DNA from: Tubulanus polymorphus
Lineage: Eukaryota > Animalia > Nemertea
NCBI RefSeq assembly: GCF_964204645.1
Contig: NC_134030.1
Span: 13,572,656 to 13,636,655 of the forward strand
Reading direction: 5' to 3'
Length of the DNA: 64,000 nt
Below, in pieces: positions 36,775 through 49,885 of this stretch (the stretch's first letter is position 1; each line of letters opens with the position of its first letter). The notes under the pieces were generated by a model. That model had not been told where the DNA came from. It did no database searches and was given only the letters and a program-made list of their open reading frames with translations. The position numbers and the translations under genes were made by a program.

Positions 36775-37280
36775 CAGTAGAAGAACTGACCTAAGTCAGA
36801 CAGCTTAAAGTCAGAAACTATTGGCATAGTCAGCCAAAGTTCCAAGGTCCCCTATTTTCAGTTCATTTTCCAATCAAAATTTGTCTCAATTCGTTCTACA
36901 AGTCGAAATTCGGCTTATTCGGCTAAAATAAACGTTCCAAAAACTTCAAAGAAATGCAATTTCCAATCTCAAAGTCAGTCGGATAATTTCTGTTTTTTCT
37001 TTAAAAGATTGTCAATGGCGCGCAGTGTCTATTATGTACCAGCAGATCGATTTTTCTGTCGACGGACACATACTTAGCATAATATGTTGATTTTAGTAGT
37101 TGGCTACAGAATAGAGTATTGACACTCAGTTGTTAGGGTTGGGGTCTTAATCTGTAACTAACCCGGATTTTTCTTAGAAAACCCCCAAAATCAAAATCGA
37201 TTTAAACTCATAATCAGAATTTTTTTCAGTCTGACATTTTCCCGTCGTCCCAACGTGTCCGACTTACGCCAGTTCTACTG
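36775..37280. mobile_element. Tc1/mariner/pogo-type MITE
   Basis: TA|CAGTAGAA...TTCTACTG|TA with imperfect TIRs of about 25 bp. Confidence 0.65.
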
Positions 37281-37598
37281 TATTATACAATGAATAATTT
37301 TTGGATTTAACCTGTTTGCTACCATTAGCGACCAAAATTTCTTATTTCTCGGAACTGATAATTCTAAATGAGACAAATTTCAAATAAGAACAATTTATTT
37401 CTAAAACATCCATTATTTACAACTTCTGAAACCATTGTACGGCCAAGAATCCAACCGAATATCTAATGCCCCAGCCACTCTTTATACATAACATATAACT
37501 CTGTCATTTATCGACCTTCTTTAAACTTTCTAACTTTAGTCTGAGTAGATCTAACTGTCTTTCATTTCCATTTTTTCTAAAAAGAGAAAAAGAAGAAA

Positions 37599-38652
37599 AT
37601 ATAGCTGCAAAGCAGCGATAACGGGTTTCTGCCTTGCTGGGTTAAATGCCGTACTAACCACACATTGCAACTTCGATACTATCGCCCACGGTTAAGGACC
37701 TAGGAGGAAAAATCTTTGTTTTCACAGTCCCCTGGTGGCAGTTATATGATCTAATCATGCAGGTTGGCATATCACACCAATGTCTTTGTACTTATACCAA
37801 GTTTTGCGATTTTCATGATAAACAGACCGCATTACATGCGAAAAATGGATGCTGAAAACAATTTTTCAAAATTTACGCCCCCTAGTGGTGAAAATAGGAA
37901 CTAATCATGTAAGGGGTTTGTTGTATTTAGTAACCAGGTACATTTGTATCAATTTTTATAGAAATCCATTGATACCCTTAGTCGATATAGATGAAAATGC
38001 GTTTCCAGCATCATATAGGTGGCGCTACTGGAAAACCATAGGAGTTACCTTATTAAACCAAATATCAATACAAGCGTCTTGTCAAGGGCTACTGATCACT
38101 CACTGCAACCACGATGCTATCTCCAATGGTTAAGGAGCTAGGGGCAAAAATCGCATTTAGAAAATTGGGGTCCCATTTTCGAGCCCGTAGAGCCCAAACG
38201 GTTAATTGCAGATAGGGCGTGCCATTGACTTTTTTAACCTCCGGGCTGTCATGAACAAGTTTTGTTCTCGCCCGAAGCTGAAAAGTCAAAAACAAAAATT
38301 TTTCTCACAGCACTTTTTCGATGTCAGAATTTTCAAAAGTAAAACTTCCCGTGATGGGTGAACGGGGTCCCCAATCAAAAATACCAGACACCTACCTCAA
38401 GGTACATGCATTTGGTACATCTCACGTAAGTTTCAAGTAAATCCGTCAAGGAATATTGTAATGCTAGTGAAATATAGTCATCCTGGCTCTCGCGTAAAGA
38501 TAGCTGCATCCATTAGCTCTACCCAGGGAAATTACTGCAAAGATTGCTTGTATATGCGGCACAAACAAGGCTATTAAAATTCCTCAGTCGCGTTCACTCG
38601 AGACTGGCCTCATTCAGTGCGCCACATATATAGTAGAAGAGATAAAAATACT
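37599..38652 (-). mobile_element. HINE family B, 3' portion (homologous to 61830-62988)
   Basis: 3' terminus subTIR-GCTGCTTTGCAGC-TATAT on the minus strand; long homology to the 62-kb copy. Confidence 0.7.
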
Positions 38653-38654
38653 AA

Positions 38655-40143
38655 ACTAGGGGTCCAGGGACACCATGCCCACTTGGGAAGTGGTTTCAAA
38701 TGCTCAACAATCTAACAATTTCAATACATAACGCCCCCTAGTTACCATATACAAAAACCAATGACCTAGAAACCAACCACAATCATAGTACACGTCAGCA
38801 GTTATGATTTTGTAATTGATTGTGATAACAAAATATGCCTCGTTACCAATTTAATATGGAAACACTAAGCTATTCTACTATTCAACGCCCCCTGGTGACT
38901 ATATGGAATAACTAATGACCTTAAAAACTCACCACAATCATAGACAATGTCATGAACTACAACTTTGCAATTTATTGTGGTAACAAAACATGCATAGGTA
39001 CAAATATAATATAGAAATACTAAGTTATTGTATCATTCAACGCCCCCTGGGGACTATATGGAATAACTAATGTCCTTAAAAACTCACCACAATCATAGAC
39101 GATGTCATGATCTACAACTTTGCAATGGATCATGGTAACAAAATATGCCTTGGTACAAATATAATATAGCAATACTAAGTTGTTGTATTATTCAACGCCC
39201 CCTGATGGCCACATACTAAAACCAATGACCTTGAAACTCACCAAAATCATAGAACACGTTATGGGCTACAACTTTCCAATTGAATATGGTAAAAAAATAT
39301 GCCTAGGTACCAATCTAATAAGGAAATACTAAGCTATTCTACTATTCAACGCCCCCCTGGTGTCTATATGGAATAACTAATGTCCTTAAAAACTCACCAT
39401 ATTCATGGAAGATGTCATGAGCTACAACTTTGCAATTGATTGTGGTAACAAAATATGCATAGGTACAAATATAATATAGAAATACTAAGTTATTGTAATA
39501 TTCAACGCCCCCTGGTGGCCACATACAAAATCCAATGACCTTGAAACTCACCAAAATCATAGAACACGTTATGGGCTACAACTTTCCAATTGAACATAGT
39601 AACACATTATGCTTAGGTATCAATTTTATGTGGAAAAACTTTTTCCCACCTACGAATGAGTACTGATGACACCAAGATGGCCACCAATCGCGTCATAATT
39701 GGCTGATCAAAAATACCTGTCTCATGTATAAAACATCCCTTTCCAAAGAATACCCATCAAAAATTGCAATGAGAAATGGCAAACCAGCAGGAAGCTACAG
39801 GACCTAGAATTCTGGCCAAAATTTGGGCACTAAAAAGGACATAGGACGGCCATTTTAAGTCAGATCGACCCAATTTTTCTTATACTGATGGGCCCTTGGT
39901 AGATTCAAATATAAACTAAAGATTAAGGTAATTGATCAAAGCATCTTCAAAATATCCCTCGAAAACTTCGAAAATGTGTAAAAAGTAATTTGGCGAACAA
40001 TGGCTGCCAGTCGGCCATCTTGAATCTGACAGGGCCAGTTTTTGGGCTGAAGATGTGTCTAGGGTAGATACACGTATAAACCAAATATCAAGACATTACC
40101 TTGAAGCGTCTTTTAAACTTCCCAAAATAACTGGATTCCGTCT
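38655..40143 (-). mobile_element. HINE family A with internal ~155-bp tandem array
   Basis: 3' end CCCAAGTGGGC-hairpin-CTAGT; array at about 38728-39630; flanks match 42735-43292. Confidence 0.75.
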
Positions 40144-40147
40144 ACAA

Positions 40148-40408
40148 TCGATATATCGCGTCAAGTCGACATGAATATGTCGTCATATCGTGACGTTTTC
40201 ACGACAAATTTCGCTTTTTCGCCCATTTTCCACAGGACAAGCCGTCATTTGAAGACACGTCTAAATGTAAGATGAGGACGCCAGTGATATGACGACTGAG
40301 TTTCAAGTCTTCATGAATATGTGAGGAAAATGGTCGTGAAAACGAGATATGTCGTCTACACGTCACGATATGTCGACCTATTCATGGCGACTTGACGCGA
40401 TATATCGA
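40148..40408. repeat. inverted repeat/MITE-like
   Basis: TCGATATATCGCGTCAAGTCG...CGACTTGACGCGATATATCGA. Confidence 0.65.
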
Positions 40409-40658
40409 CATAAATATGGCGACTTGTTGAGTTGGAACGCGACATCTCGAGGCCCTTTATCGCTTCCGTAAATATGTGATCTTTCATTAAGTAGGATCAC
40501 TTGAATGATCGCTTTAACATCACTTTAAAAAAAAAGAATCTGCCAAAATGACCTTAATATTCAACACTATATCAGATTAATCGACTTCAAAATAGGCGAA
40601 AGCATAAGTCTTTATTACGTTATTAATTGGCCTAATTATTCAAAAGCTAATAAAGTGG

Positions 40659-40830
40659 GCGACAAAACCAGAAAAATGAATTGTCGCGGGCGATAAAACC
40701 AAAATAATCAATTGTCGCTGGCGATAAAACCAAAATATTGAATTGTCGCTGGTGATAAAACCAAAATAATGAATTGTCGCGGTTGACAAAACCAAAATTA
40801 TTATTTTGTCGCGTTATTTTAGTTTTGTCA
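40659..40830. repeat. about 31-bp minisatellite
   Basis: GCGATAAAACCAAAATAATGAATTGTCGC-like units, about 5 copies. Confidence 0.75.
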
Positions 40831-42734
40831 TTTTGTCATAATGTCGCCCTCATTTGCATATACGTGTTTTTTTTACGCATGGCCCTTATCAGCCACCATA
40901 CTAAACCTAAAGGTCGCGTAAAACTCGATAAACACTTCAAGCGACACAGCGAACGATCTCCTTTCTCCACAGCGAACGCTTAACCTAGTAGAGGCTACTA
41001 GCCTATGTAGGCCTATGTATATGCGTAGGCCTAACATCCGGACAGATTGGTCGTAGGCCTATTGAATAACAACCCACCTAAATATCGTAAATTTTGTTAT
41101 GAAGTTCAATCCAATGAGTCCGTTAATAAACGCAACAATTATACTGTGTTTGTTTGAGACAGTAAAGCTCAGTACCGGTAGGGCTAAAGCCGCGTCAAAC
41201 TCGATAAACACTTCAAGCGACACAGCGAACGATCCCTTTCCCCCACAGCGAACGCTTACTCCGAGTGTCAAGTGTGAGTCCAGCATACGGAAAGGATTGT
41301 GTTATATACTTGTATTTAGTAAATACCTTGTGCATTTGACAATGATCGGTATGTACTGTAGGAAATATAGAGTATTGATGGTATTGATATAGAGGTTGAA
41401 GCCCGCGGCCGAATAAAGTGATATATTCTTTTATTTTGATACCTCGTCGACATAACAGCTTTTCTCCGCTATATCTCTTCGGCGTGTTTCGTTTAGGCCT
41501 ACGACTCCCCGGTACACTTATAATTTATCTTAGTAAATACACGGTTAATTTGACAAAGAAAAATAGGTATTGCTAAACTAACTGCATGACGCCCGCAGCC
41601 AAATAACTGGTAGTAATAAATTAATTTGTACTCGATTTGATTCTCATGATGAGGTGAAACTCGCAGCTGATCCCCGGAACGACGATGTAGTGACACACGT
41701 CGATTCGTCGATGTTTACGGCTCGACAGTGCTTTTAAAATCTAAAGTAAATTTCCTGTATATCGGTAATACGATTTGATGAGGAAAATGGGCTATTGTTA
41801 AAATTAGTTTTTAAAAATCGCGACAGAATGTGCAATCTTTGGGTAATAAATTTGTTAATTTATGCTTGAATTGATGTGACAAGAAACGTGCGGTAGATTT
41901 CGGAAAGAGGACTTAGAAAAACATGTCGGCTCTTTGAATGGGGCTCAATTTTCGATGTTTACGGCCCGACAGTGCTTTTGTAACGATGATTCTTCAAAAT
42001 ACGCACGGGGTATTTGTAGATCGAAGCGAGCTGAATGATATCAGACGGATTGTATCGACAACAGCGGCAAGGTAACAAAGCCTTTGTTCTTTTAGTAAAA
42101 ATAGTGTGGAAGAAAATAATCATGATAAATATAGCTGCAAAGCAGCGATGACGGGTTTTCTGTTAAGCCATTCAGAATGATGGGAATTGTAGTAAATTGA
42201 AATATCGATACATAGAATAAAATGCATTGACAGATTCGAACCTAATATGCAACCACTGTGTAAATGTCAAATATGATTCAGCTTTGAAACTGAACATACG
42301 CGGACGTACAATCACAAATATTAATATATTTGACCAGGCATTTATTTTGGCATTCAAACATCATGATACTGTATTATCACCATCCTTAAAAATGGATCTG
42401 TCCTATTAAGAACTCATCTTAAGCACATGCTGAGCCGATAGATTGATTGAATTCACAGATAAGAACGTATTATGATTTAGAATAGATTTAAGAAGTTAAT
42501 GTTTTTATTGAAATATTTGAATAAATACATATATTGTAGTGTAGATTCAATCAATAAATTATGAATTGATTTGGTCTGGGTTTCCGGCTGATGTTGATTT
42601 TGGCTTTTATGGATTACAAATTCTATAGTGATAAACAATTGATACCTGCAACATGTGTGTAAATCAAACCTATTCCACAAGTTGCGTGTGTTTCCTAATA
42701 AACGGGAGAGCCACTCTTGATCTGAGTTATTAGA

Positions 42735-43292
42735 ACTAGGGGTCCAGGGACACCATGCCCACTTGGGAAGTGGTTCCAAATGCTCAACAATCTAACAATT
42801 CAGGTATCAAAGGTATAAAATATCCCTTTTCAAAGAATACCCATCACAAACTGCAATGAGAAATGGCAAACTCAGAATTCGGGCCAAAATTGACATTTTT
42901 GGACACTAAAAAAGGTCATAGGACGGCCATCTTGAGTCCGTATCCCAATTTTTGTTATGCTGATGGGCCCAGGGGGCATTCACATATATCCGAAAGATCA
43001 AGGTAATTGATCAAAGCATCTTCAAAATTTCCCTCAAAAAGTTCAAAAATGTGTAAAAAGTGTTGATTTTGGCGAATAACAATGGCTGCCAGTCGGCCAA
43101 CTTGATTCTGACAGCCAGTTTTTGGGCTGAAGATGTGTCTAGGGTAGATACATGTGTAACCCAAATATCAAGACATTACATTGAAGCGTCTTCAAAACTT
43201 CCTAAAATAACTGATTTCTGATGACGGATGGACGACGGACGAAAAGTGAACGCAATAGCCCGCTGGGACTCAAGTCCCAAGTGGGCTAAAAA
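42735..43292 (-). mobile_element. complete short HINE (DINE-1-like), family A
   Basis: 5' TTTTTAGCCCACTTGGGAC...GTCCC hairpin followed by GTCC-type microsatellite; 3' inverted subTIR CCCAAGTGGGC, hairpin and CTAG; partial copy at about 59430-59675. Confidence 0.8.
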
Positions 43293-44120
43293 ATAATGTT
43301 CATTAAGTTATAGAAATTCATTGCCTTTTTGGAGTTTCTGTAATAATATTTGTTCTGCCCTAATTTTTATTACTGTATGAACCAATGGTATGCTTTGTAA
43401 ATATGATGTAATAAAATAAATTTGAATTAAATTTGAACATGAGAATCAAGCATAACTTGTGTTTTTTCAACTTGTCTTACTTGTCTTTTGTTAACAGTTC
43501 CAGAGTTTCAATTACAATCAAATCCAAATTGGCTAAAAAGTACATAGGACTAAATGAAATGAACCGTTAGTTACTGCAAACCTATTCCAGTGTTATGTCG
43601 AATCACTTTCCTTGAGTTAAAAGAATCAGATCTTCTATGGTACAACATCGGTCGAAGAGAGATATCTTGGTGTTGACGGTCCTTGACCATCTAACTTCAT
43701 GCGTTTGACATTGGAATCAGCATCATACCCATTTGAACTGCAAAATATTCATACAACATGAAAACCTACAGTACATGTATACAGTAATCAAACTTTCACC
43801 GATGTTGGATATTTGAATGAACATTAGGTTTATTTCAGTATTCTAAAGCAGGAAATAATAAGCCCAATCAATAGGCCCTATTCCCATTGGAACAATTGTA
43901 TAATGCATACAGCTGTACCGTACACTTATCAGTCAAGAATGGAGAAATCGGTATACCAAACCTACGAACAGCAAAATGTACAGGCCTACAATGATTTCTG
44001 GTATACAAGCCGTGACCACATTGACTATTAATGTCAGCAGGTCAGAGAAGGCCTGGCCAAATTTAATCACATGGCTCAAATCAATTAGCCTTTCTGCGTG
44101 TGAATACTTCACTGTATTGT

Positions 44121-44281
44121 GGGATCATTCATTTATTACGTACGCATTAGGGGAGGGGGAGGGGGAGGGGCAATTACGTACTGTAATGCTTAATGTACAT
44201 GAAAAAATGGCAGATTTTGCGTACAGAGGGAGAGGGGGTTGAAATAATCAAATTTTATGCGTACGTAATAAATGAATATTC
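44121..44281. mobile_element. MITE, about 160 bp
   Basis: TIR ATTCATTTATTACGTACGCAT / ATGCGTACGTAATAAATGAAT. Confidence 0.7.
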
Positions 44282-44853
44282 CTGTTTTAAAAATAGGCCT
44301 ATCGAGTGAATTAGTACATAGACTGAATTAGACTTTAGATTAGTCCTGGCCAAATCCTATCCATGTTATAATTGCACCAGTTATAGTAACATCATTGTAG
44401 GAGGATGACCGCCGACGAGAGGGAAAAAGTTGTGTTTGTAGTACATAGGCATGGTAGGCTTGTCGTACTCACTTAATACCCGGTACTTAAAACGCTGTTG
44501 TTACCTGTACGTGACTGTACGGTGATTTCTACAGGTTAGCCGTATGTGAGTATGTTGACGCTCAGACTTGCAATATTGGGATTCGAAACCAAACGAAAAA
44601 AAAATCCAGTTGCAGTCCAGTGATTTACCCACTGTGCCACAGAACGTAACTGCAGGGTGGATGAAATTTGATTTACAAATAGCCTAGCCTCACCTAACCC
44701 AAACTCTATTCTTTCACGCATGCACGTTTGCAGATTATAGGAACTCACTTACGGCCTGTTTAGGGAACTCACGTACGGTTAACCTGTGGATATCACCGTA
44801 CAGTCACTGGCACGTACGGGTAACAACTTCGTACTTAAAAAATGGTAATTGGC

Positions 44854-45067
44854 GGTAAAAGTGCAGATCCGCACCTCTCGTGATTGACGCAATCTGCTGA
44901 ATGACAGAATCCTGGCTAAAATCTTTCTACTCTCTCTAGTGAAGATATCTTAAAATTAACCAATGGCAACGTACTGAATTGCTGACGACATTTTGAAACG
45001 AAACAATAATATTTAACGTAATTGATTGAACCGTTTACGCGGAGAGGTGCGGAGCTGCACTTTTACC
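44854..45067. mobile_element. MITE with 26-bp TIRs, nested in a larger inverted/direct repeat cluster (44460-45190)
   Basis: GGTAAAAGTGCAGATCCGCACCTCTC versus GAGAGGTGCGGAGCTGCACTTTTACC. Confidence 0.7.
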
Positions 45068-46559
45068 GTATTGGCTACTAGAGGAACTCACGTACGGCGT
45101 TAGTAGGGAACTCACGTACGGTTAACCTGTGGAGATCACCATACAGTCACGTACGAGTAACAACTACGTACTTACTGGTATTGGCTACTATATAATAGGT
45201 CTATAGACAAATAAATACCCGTACTGCAGTAGGCTTTCTTAGCTTCCACATTGCACAACCGAACCAACTGACCAACCAGTAAATTTATTCCCAGTACGCA
45301 CCAACCGGCACAGGCCTAACAACTGTTTGTCAACTGTGTGTACCGTAGTAGGCTATCGATAATCACCTGATACTTTTCTGTCGTTTGTTTTCTCTCTGAG
45401 ACGAACGTAATTCTAGCAGCCCTCCGCGACTCAACGACCTTGATTTAAACTTGATCAATTCAAAATCTGTTTATTGACGCTTTTGGTTACATGAACTGAT
45501 CAGCAATATACTTAAATGAAATAACCCGAATAACAAAAAATCAAAAATATTAAAGAGGTAACCAACAAATGCCCGTAAACCTGTCAGACACGCGAACGCC
45601 GGACTCGTAAACTCTTGGACTCGGACCCGGTGAGCAATAAATTCATACAAGAGCCCCAAGGGGCACAACGGCCAGCCTGTAGCATTTGAATTGATAAGTA
45701 GGCCTTTGCATTAGCAGTATACATAGTTTTAAAGGTTAAACATCCTAAAATAGTAAGTATCAGTCATTAAAGGTAGTGATGAATGTAGAAAAGTTTAAAG
45801 ACATGACGTCTACCTGGAATGAAGAGGAAAGTTCAATGTATGTTTTGAGGGTCATGGACAATAGTGAATACAGGCAATGTGTGCGTAAAGCAGCGTCCAA
45901 TAAACATATTAACTGTAAATAATGAATAAGTATAGACAGGATATTAATGGCAAAAGTAAATTTATTTAAAAAGAAAATAAAATGATTATTGAATGAGATT
46001 ATAATTGTAATGAAAGGCATGATTGATTGAGAATTGTAATAGCAATGTAATAAAAGTATAATGTATAAAATAGACTCTTTAAAAGCTAGATTGAAATCGC
46101 ATGGATGAATGTGTTTATATACATAAGTACAATAAGTTTCTGATGAGATCAACATGAACATTATAGAATGCAATGGAAAAGATATTTTTATAAAAGTGAA
46201 AACAGGTAATGTACAGTATCAAAAATACATAGTTGTGAGATCAAAAATTACATGAATTACAAAGTTACTATAAAATTTAAAAAGATGACATGTGGTAGAC
46301 GTGCATGTAGCATATGAAATTGGAATCAGATTTGTTGTTCTAGATTGAATATGGGGTGACACAAGAGTTCATCTATACAATTATAAGACCGTTGTACAAA
46401 TGTTTTGTACTAATTACAAGGTCAAGTAAATGAATTAAAATGCAAAATTACAAGAACTAGTGATAGTTTTGTGTTATGAAATGGTCATATATATGAATTA
46501 TAGAGCATGGTGAAACTGGCAAAATCTATAAGCTTGTTGTTTTACAATGGTTGATAAAT

Positions 46560-47435
46560 GAATAACAATTACAAATATAGCAACATATATGAAGTATGTT
46601 AGAGTCTGTTGATAATTTTACAACAAAAATTACTGTGGTAACACATCAGTAAGTAGGTCAATTGTACATAAATTCATAGTTCCAAATATAGCAACATATA
46701 TGAAGTATGTTAGACTCTGTTGATAATTTTACAGCAAAAATTACTGTGGTAACACATCATAAATGTATAATAATTTTAAATATAGCAACATATATGAAGT
46801 ATGTTAGACTCTGTTGATCATTTTACAGCAAAAATGACCGTGGTAACATATCAGTATGTAGTTCAATTGTACATAAATGTATAATAATTTCAAATATAGC
46901 AACATATATGAAGTATGTTAGACTCTGTTGATAATTTTACAGCAAAAATTACCGTGGTAACACATCAGCAAGTAGTTCAATTGAACATAAATGTATAACG
47001 ATTTCAAATATAGCAACATATATGAAGTATGTTAGACTTTGTTGATCATTTTACAGCAAAAATTACTGTGGTAACACATCAGTATGTAGTTCAATTGTAC
47101 ATAAATGTATAATAATTTCGAATATAGCGAAACATATGATGTAGGTTTGAGGCTGTTGATAAACTAAAACAATAATACTTGTGGTAACACAACATTATGT
47201 AGTTCAATTGTACATAAATGTATAACAATTACAAATATTGCGACACATATGAAGTAAGGTAGTTTGTTGATAATTTTACAACTATAATTACGGTGGTAAC
47301 ACAGAGTGTTATAAACTAAATATTAAGTAGGCAAGCAATACACATAGTGCAGTCAAACAGGCTTAAACACATCAGTATGTAGTTCAATTGTACATAAATT
47401 TTAACAATTACAAACATTGAGAGACATATGAAGTA
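46560..47435. repeat. about 114-bp tandem array (~7 units) in the Helentron 3' region
   Basis: AAATATAGCAACATATATGAAG-like anchor at 46573, 46684, 46778, 46892, 47006, 47120 and 47233. Confidence 0.9.
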
Positions 47436-47610
47436 ATTGTTATGAATGTAGTCATAATGAAGTCACAACATAAACAGTGGTTACACAAACAGGTTTATGT
47501 ACATGAATATTAACAGGAAGCAGATAATTAATACTTTCAGCGCATTTTGAAATAGGTAAAACACTAAGTAACGCTGTTGATTAACAGTACATGGAAGTCT
47601 TACAGATATT

Positions 47611-49255
47611 TTAAATGCTCTCCATATTGAGTTCTGCACCATCAATTAAGGGTTTAATGCTAGTTACCACATTTGAAGCATTAAATGTATATAGTATGTG
47701 CTCGGATAGCAAGAAGTGGGTTTCTATTTGTTCGATGTTCATTGCATCAATGTCAGGTGCAAATGATTTTAGATAGTTACTTAGGGTTGGTTCAAATACT
47801 GCAAGTTTATAAGTGATATTCGAGTCCATGATATTTATTTTTGCTCGAATATTAGCCACAATGTTTGTGGTTTTTTGTCTCATATGACAGTTGACACACT
47901 TAAATGTTGGTTTTTGAAGGAGGCTACTGTCAACCTCTTTTTTGCAACTATTGCAAGATTTTTTGATGGTGATGGAAATTTCAGTAACTTCGCCTGATAT
48001 CGTTGAAAATTGTTGGTCTATAGGTTTCTTGTCAACTACATCTGTTAATTCAGCACAAGGTGTTATCGTAGTTGAAGTTGTTGTTGATAAATGTCTAATG
48101 TTCAAATATTCCTTGATGGAGATTGGCGAAAAAGTGTATGAGTCAAGAAGGTTGATTTTTTCAATAGAATTTCCCCAAACAACTACAGCTATTGAACCTG
48201 TTTTGTCACTCAGAGCATATTTAATCATGGGACAGGGTTTACCTCTAACCATTTCATCAGATTTAGGTTGTAGGAGATGGGTAATTTTACCTGTTACAGT
48301 TATCTGAAAAATATAGAAAGTAAGGTATAATATAAATGTTATTTCATTTGGTATAGGCATAATATATACAGATTTGAGGATATGTACAAACAATTGCAAT
48401 GTATTGAAAGGAAATTTGGCTTACTAAGATGAACTTAAAAGATGGAATATATCAAGTTTTAAGTTGAATTGATTAACTGGTGCAGCTGCAGGTGTATGAA
48501 TGTAGGGTATGAGAACTGAATTTAGAGAAAACATTAATGCAAATTATATAATGGGCAGAAAAGTGAAAGTTATATATTTGGTAGGATGGGGAAAGGTGTA
48601 ATAGCATAGGAAGTGTCAGTGGTAGAAGTAGAGGGAGCAAGAAATAAAACAAGTGGAGACTGCACTCACCGTATCATTAACTTTTTGGTTTTTAATGTCA
48701 CCAATAGTAACAGTTGAATATGTTTGTTTAGCAGGTAATCGAAAGTCAAACGTCAGTTTGTCGTTTAGAAATTCTATTTGTGAATTGGCTTGACACTTGA
48801 TGTCTAAAGCTGATTTCTTGAATCCAGGAACAAAGTTGATATTGCGAATTTTGATAGGTGATCTGAAAGTACAAATCAACACAAAAGTCAAGGTATAAAG
48901 GTATTAAGGAACAATGAATAATATTTGTAGTGATAATTATAGAACACAGAAGTAGGGCATACAACACTAGTGAGTGGACATAGTATATCAAATATGGGCA
49001 CAAAGAGAAACATGTTAAACATTGTGTAAAAGGTATGAATAGGAAATAGAAAAAAAGTCAGTTGACATACTTCATAGTTTGTGCTGATTTGAATTGCTGA
49101 TGTAAACGAGTATTGAATGATACGACGTCAGTGAACTCGTTTTCATTGGTTTGAATCTTTGCGTTGAAATACGTGTTATTATTACAACTTCTTTTGATAG
49201 GTGAGGTTTCGTGCACAAAGCCCTCAGTCTCGTAATTTCTTTTTTTGTCAGTCAT
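47611..49255 (-). CDS. three-exon RPA1-like OB-fold ssDNA-binding protein (356 aa)
   Basis: Exons 49255-49071, 48862-48670 and 48303-47611 joined by GT-AG introns (phases 2 and 0) with the frame intact; LSDKTGSIAVVVWG OB motif and CxxC...CxxC zinc ribbon. Confidence 0.8.
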
Positions 49256-49885
49256 AGCGATCTGAAAGATAAAATTAACTGATAAAAAGATGAAATATGG
49301 GTAGACTGAAGAAGACGAAAGTAGATAGGAATGTAAGTAAGAGGTGGGGGAGGGGGTGGTGAGGGTTATCGCAATACGGGACAAGGGGTAGGCATTATGA
49401 TTTGGAGTACCAAGAAAATATAAGGAAATGTTTCAGGTGCAACCAAGTGTAATCGACTATGGAGTGCATGTTGGAAGATGTGAATTTTAGTGGGTACAAC
49501 CAGCTGCTCAATAGTAAAACGTGGGGAACTACAAATTGAAAGTTGCAGTTGCTGGCATACATTGACAAATTCAAGCAACTGGTTGTTTCAAGGCAGTTCC
49601 TCTTATAAGCACAAAACTGCCTTGCAACTAGATCTTCGAGTTTGTTAGTTGATGTATGGTAGGTTGATTACCTTTACAGATTAAAATTAGAATTACCTCA
49701 TGAATGTATAAAGACCATCCATTATCACAACAATACTAACAAATCATAATAATTACTATAACATAAATAGTTAAATAATAGGTAAATAATTGGTTGTGAT
49801 AGTAGTCAGCATAAGGTGCAAAAAGATGCATCTCCCAGCAGCAGGTGTTGTGTTTAGTACATACAATGTAGCGCAAGATATGTTA

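Noticed and set aside
36300-46200. Short ORFs in this interval, and antisense ORFs elsewhere such as 12672..13181 and 55033..55443, as genes
   Set aside because: No recognisable motifs; they lie in repeats or are shadows of real genes on the opposite strand
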